Shown here piece by piece: positions 25,570-26,538 of a stretch of 26,538 bases of DNA (its first letter is position 1; the number at the start of each line of letters is the position of its first letter). The DNA is from a virus (Duplodnaviria; Caudoviricetes). Under the pieces are notes generated by a model that worked only from the letters and a program-made list of their open reading frames with translations, was not told the DNA's origin and did no database searches. Where the stretch lies: positions 1 to 26,538 of the IMG/VR virus record IMGVR_UViG_3300043772_001669; one strand, given 5' to 3'. Both the position numbers and the translations under genes were made by a program.

Positions 25570-25827
25570 TTATTTTCTCTTTTTCGTTTCTTTTGGAACA
25601 AAACCATAAACTTTTGGATTTACTTTTCCATCAGTCCATTTAATTTCTTTAATTGCACCTTTACCATATTCATCATAATAATTATCAAAAATTTCCACCT
25701 TACCCCCTGCTTGCACTATATCATACTTCTCTTTATCTTTTACAAGATAAGTTACAAGATAAGAGTTGATAGGAAGACTTCCATCTTTTGCATCAATTGG
25801 ATCGCAATCTTTTTTCAAAATATTCAT
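25570..25827 (-). CDS. Conserved cyanophage hypothetical protein (85 aa)
   Basis: Start reassigned to ATG 25827 (MNILKKDCDP...LP.NSYLV.Y...FD.YYD.YG...G.VNPK). Confidence 0.7.
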   Translation of the reverse strand: MNILKKDCDPIDAKDGSLPINSYLVTYLVKDKEKYDIVQAGGKVEIFDNYYDEYGKGAIKEIKWTDGKVNPKVYGFVPKETKKRK

Positions 25828-25844
25828 AATTATTTTCCTTGTAA

Positions 25845-26420
25845 TTAGGACCTTCCACCCCATTGAATATCAGGATATGCTTCAGAAACAATATCCTTAT
25901 TAATTTTATATTTACTTTCAAGTTTTTTGTCTTTTACAAGACAAACAATTTCTGCTTCCAGAGGATGAAGTCCTTCAAGCATATTAATAAACATCATTTC
26001 TCTACGAATAGAACTTAAACTATCGTTACCACCTCGGACAAAATTATAAAGCATCGTAAATTCTTTACGAAGAGTTGTTTTACCACTTCTATCTTGAATT
26101 GTTCCCATCGACGTAGTGGAGTAGTGTTCCATAGTTTCAATTTCCTGTTTTACTCTATCGGAAAGATTTCCACTTACTTTAAAATCTTCCTTAAGATTAG
26201 AGTAAGGAATATCACCTTCTGGTAAAACAGATACTACGGTTTCATCAAAATTCCAAATAAAAATTGCTTTTAATGAATCGTGTTCGTATGTTTTGAGTAC
26301 TTCTACTTTCTTTGCTTTTGACCTTTGTTTTGAAGCAAGAGCAAGGATTTCAAACACAAATGGATTTGTAGGAAGAATTTCGAGTTCAGTCTCTGTCTTC
26401 TTCGTCGTCGTTGTCGTCAT
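25845..26420 (-). CDS. Conserved T4-like phage hypothetical protein (191 aa)
   Basis: Start reassigned to ATG 26420. WNFD...LPEGD.PY and RRE.MFI.MLEGLHP.EAE...VKDK motifs. Confidence 0.7.
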   Translation of the reverse strand: MTTTTTKKTETELEILPTNPFVFEILALASKQRSKAKKVEVLKTYEHDSLKAIFIWNFDETVVSVLPEGDIPYSNLKEDFKVSGNLSDRVKQEIETMEHYSTTSMGTIQDRSGKTTLRKEFTMLYNFVRGGNDSLSSIRREMMFINMLEGLHPLEAEIVCLVKDKKLESKYKINKDIVSEAYPDIQWGGRS

Positions 26421-26538
26421 AATTGTTTTCAAATCGTACTGCCAAAATTTCGTCTGGTATAATATTACCGTTTTCATCAAACATTTCTGGATGTGTCACT
26501 ATTCTATTTTTATTCATTAACGAATAAAACAAGTCATT
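26386..26538 (-). CDS. 3' end of a conserved hypothetical gene entering from the right edge
   Basis: Open frame ...HPEMFDENGNIIPDEILAVRFENNYDDDNDEEDRD* with stop at 26386-26388. Confidence 0.65.
   Translation of the reverse strand, partial: NDLFYSLMNKNRIVTHPEMFDENGNIIPDEILAVRFENNYDDNDDEEDRD

Overview
AT-rich 26.5 kb segment of a T4-like cyanophage (cyanomyovirus). The cyanobacterial host is inferred from cp12, a cyanobacterial-type thyX, phoH, and DUF1825-like and DUF4278-like genes. Left part (1-15429, minus strand): tail/baseplate genes, namely a truncated fibre-like gene, a gp5 apparently spread over several ORFs, cp12, a gp27-like hub, two tape-measure-like proteins with peptidoglycan-hydrolase domains, gp51, gp26 and gp54-like. 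Middle (15461-20121, plus strand): gp4, gp2, gp48, a free-standing GIY-YIG/NUMOD3 homing endonuclease and a split gp53. Right (20191-26538, minus strand): gp32, gp59, gp33, exonuclease, phoH, thyX and small conserved ORFs. Best leads: (1) a complete candidate -1 ribosomal frameshift signal that would fuse gp26 to gp51; (2) a doubled, possibly nested glutamine-riboswitch-like RNA under a late promoter, upstream of a DUF4278 peptide and a basic peptide; (3) a circularly permuted Amidase_3-like domain next to an M23 peptidase; (4) an exact 9-nt-period AATAC array over the gene 32 ribosome-binding site. Family calls come from motif recognition by eye; no searches were run.
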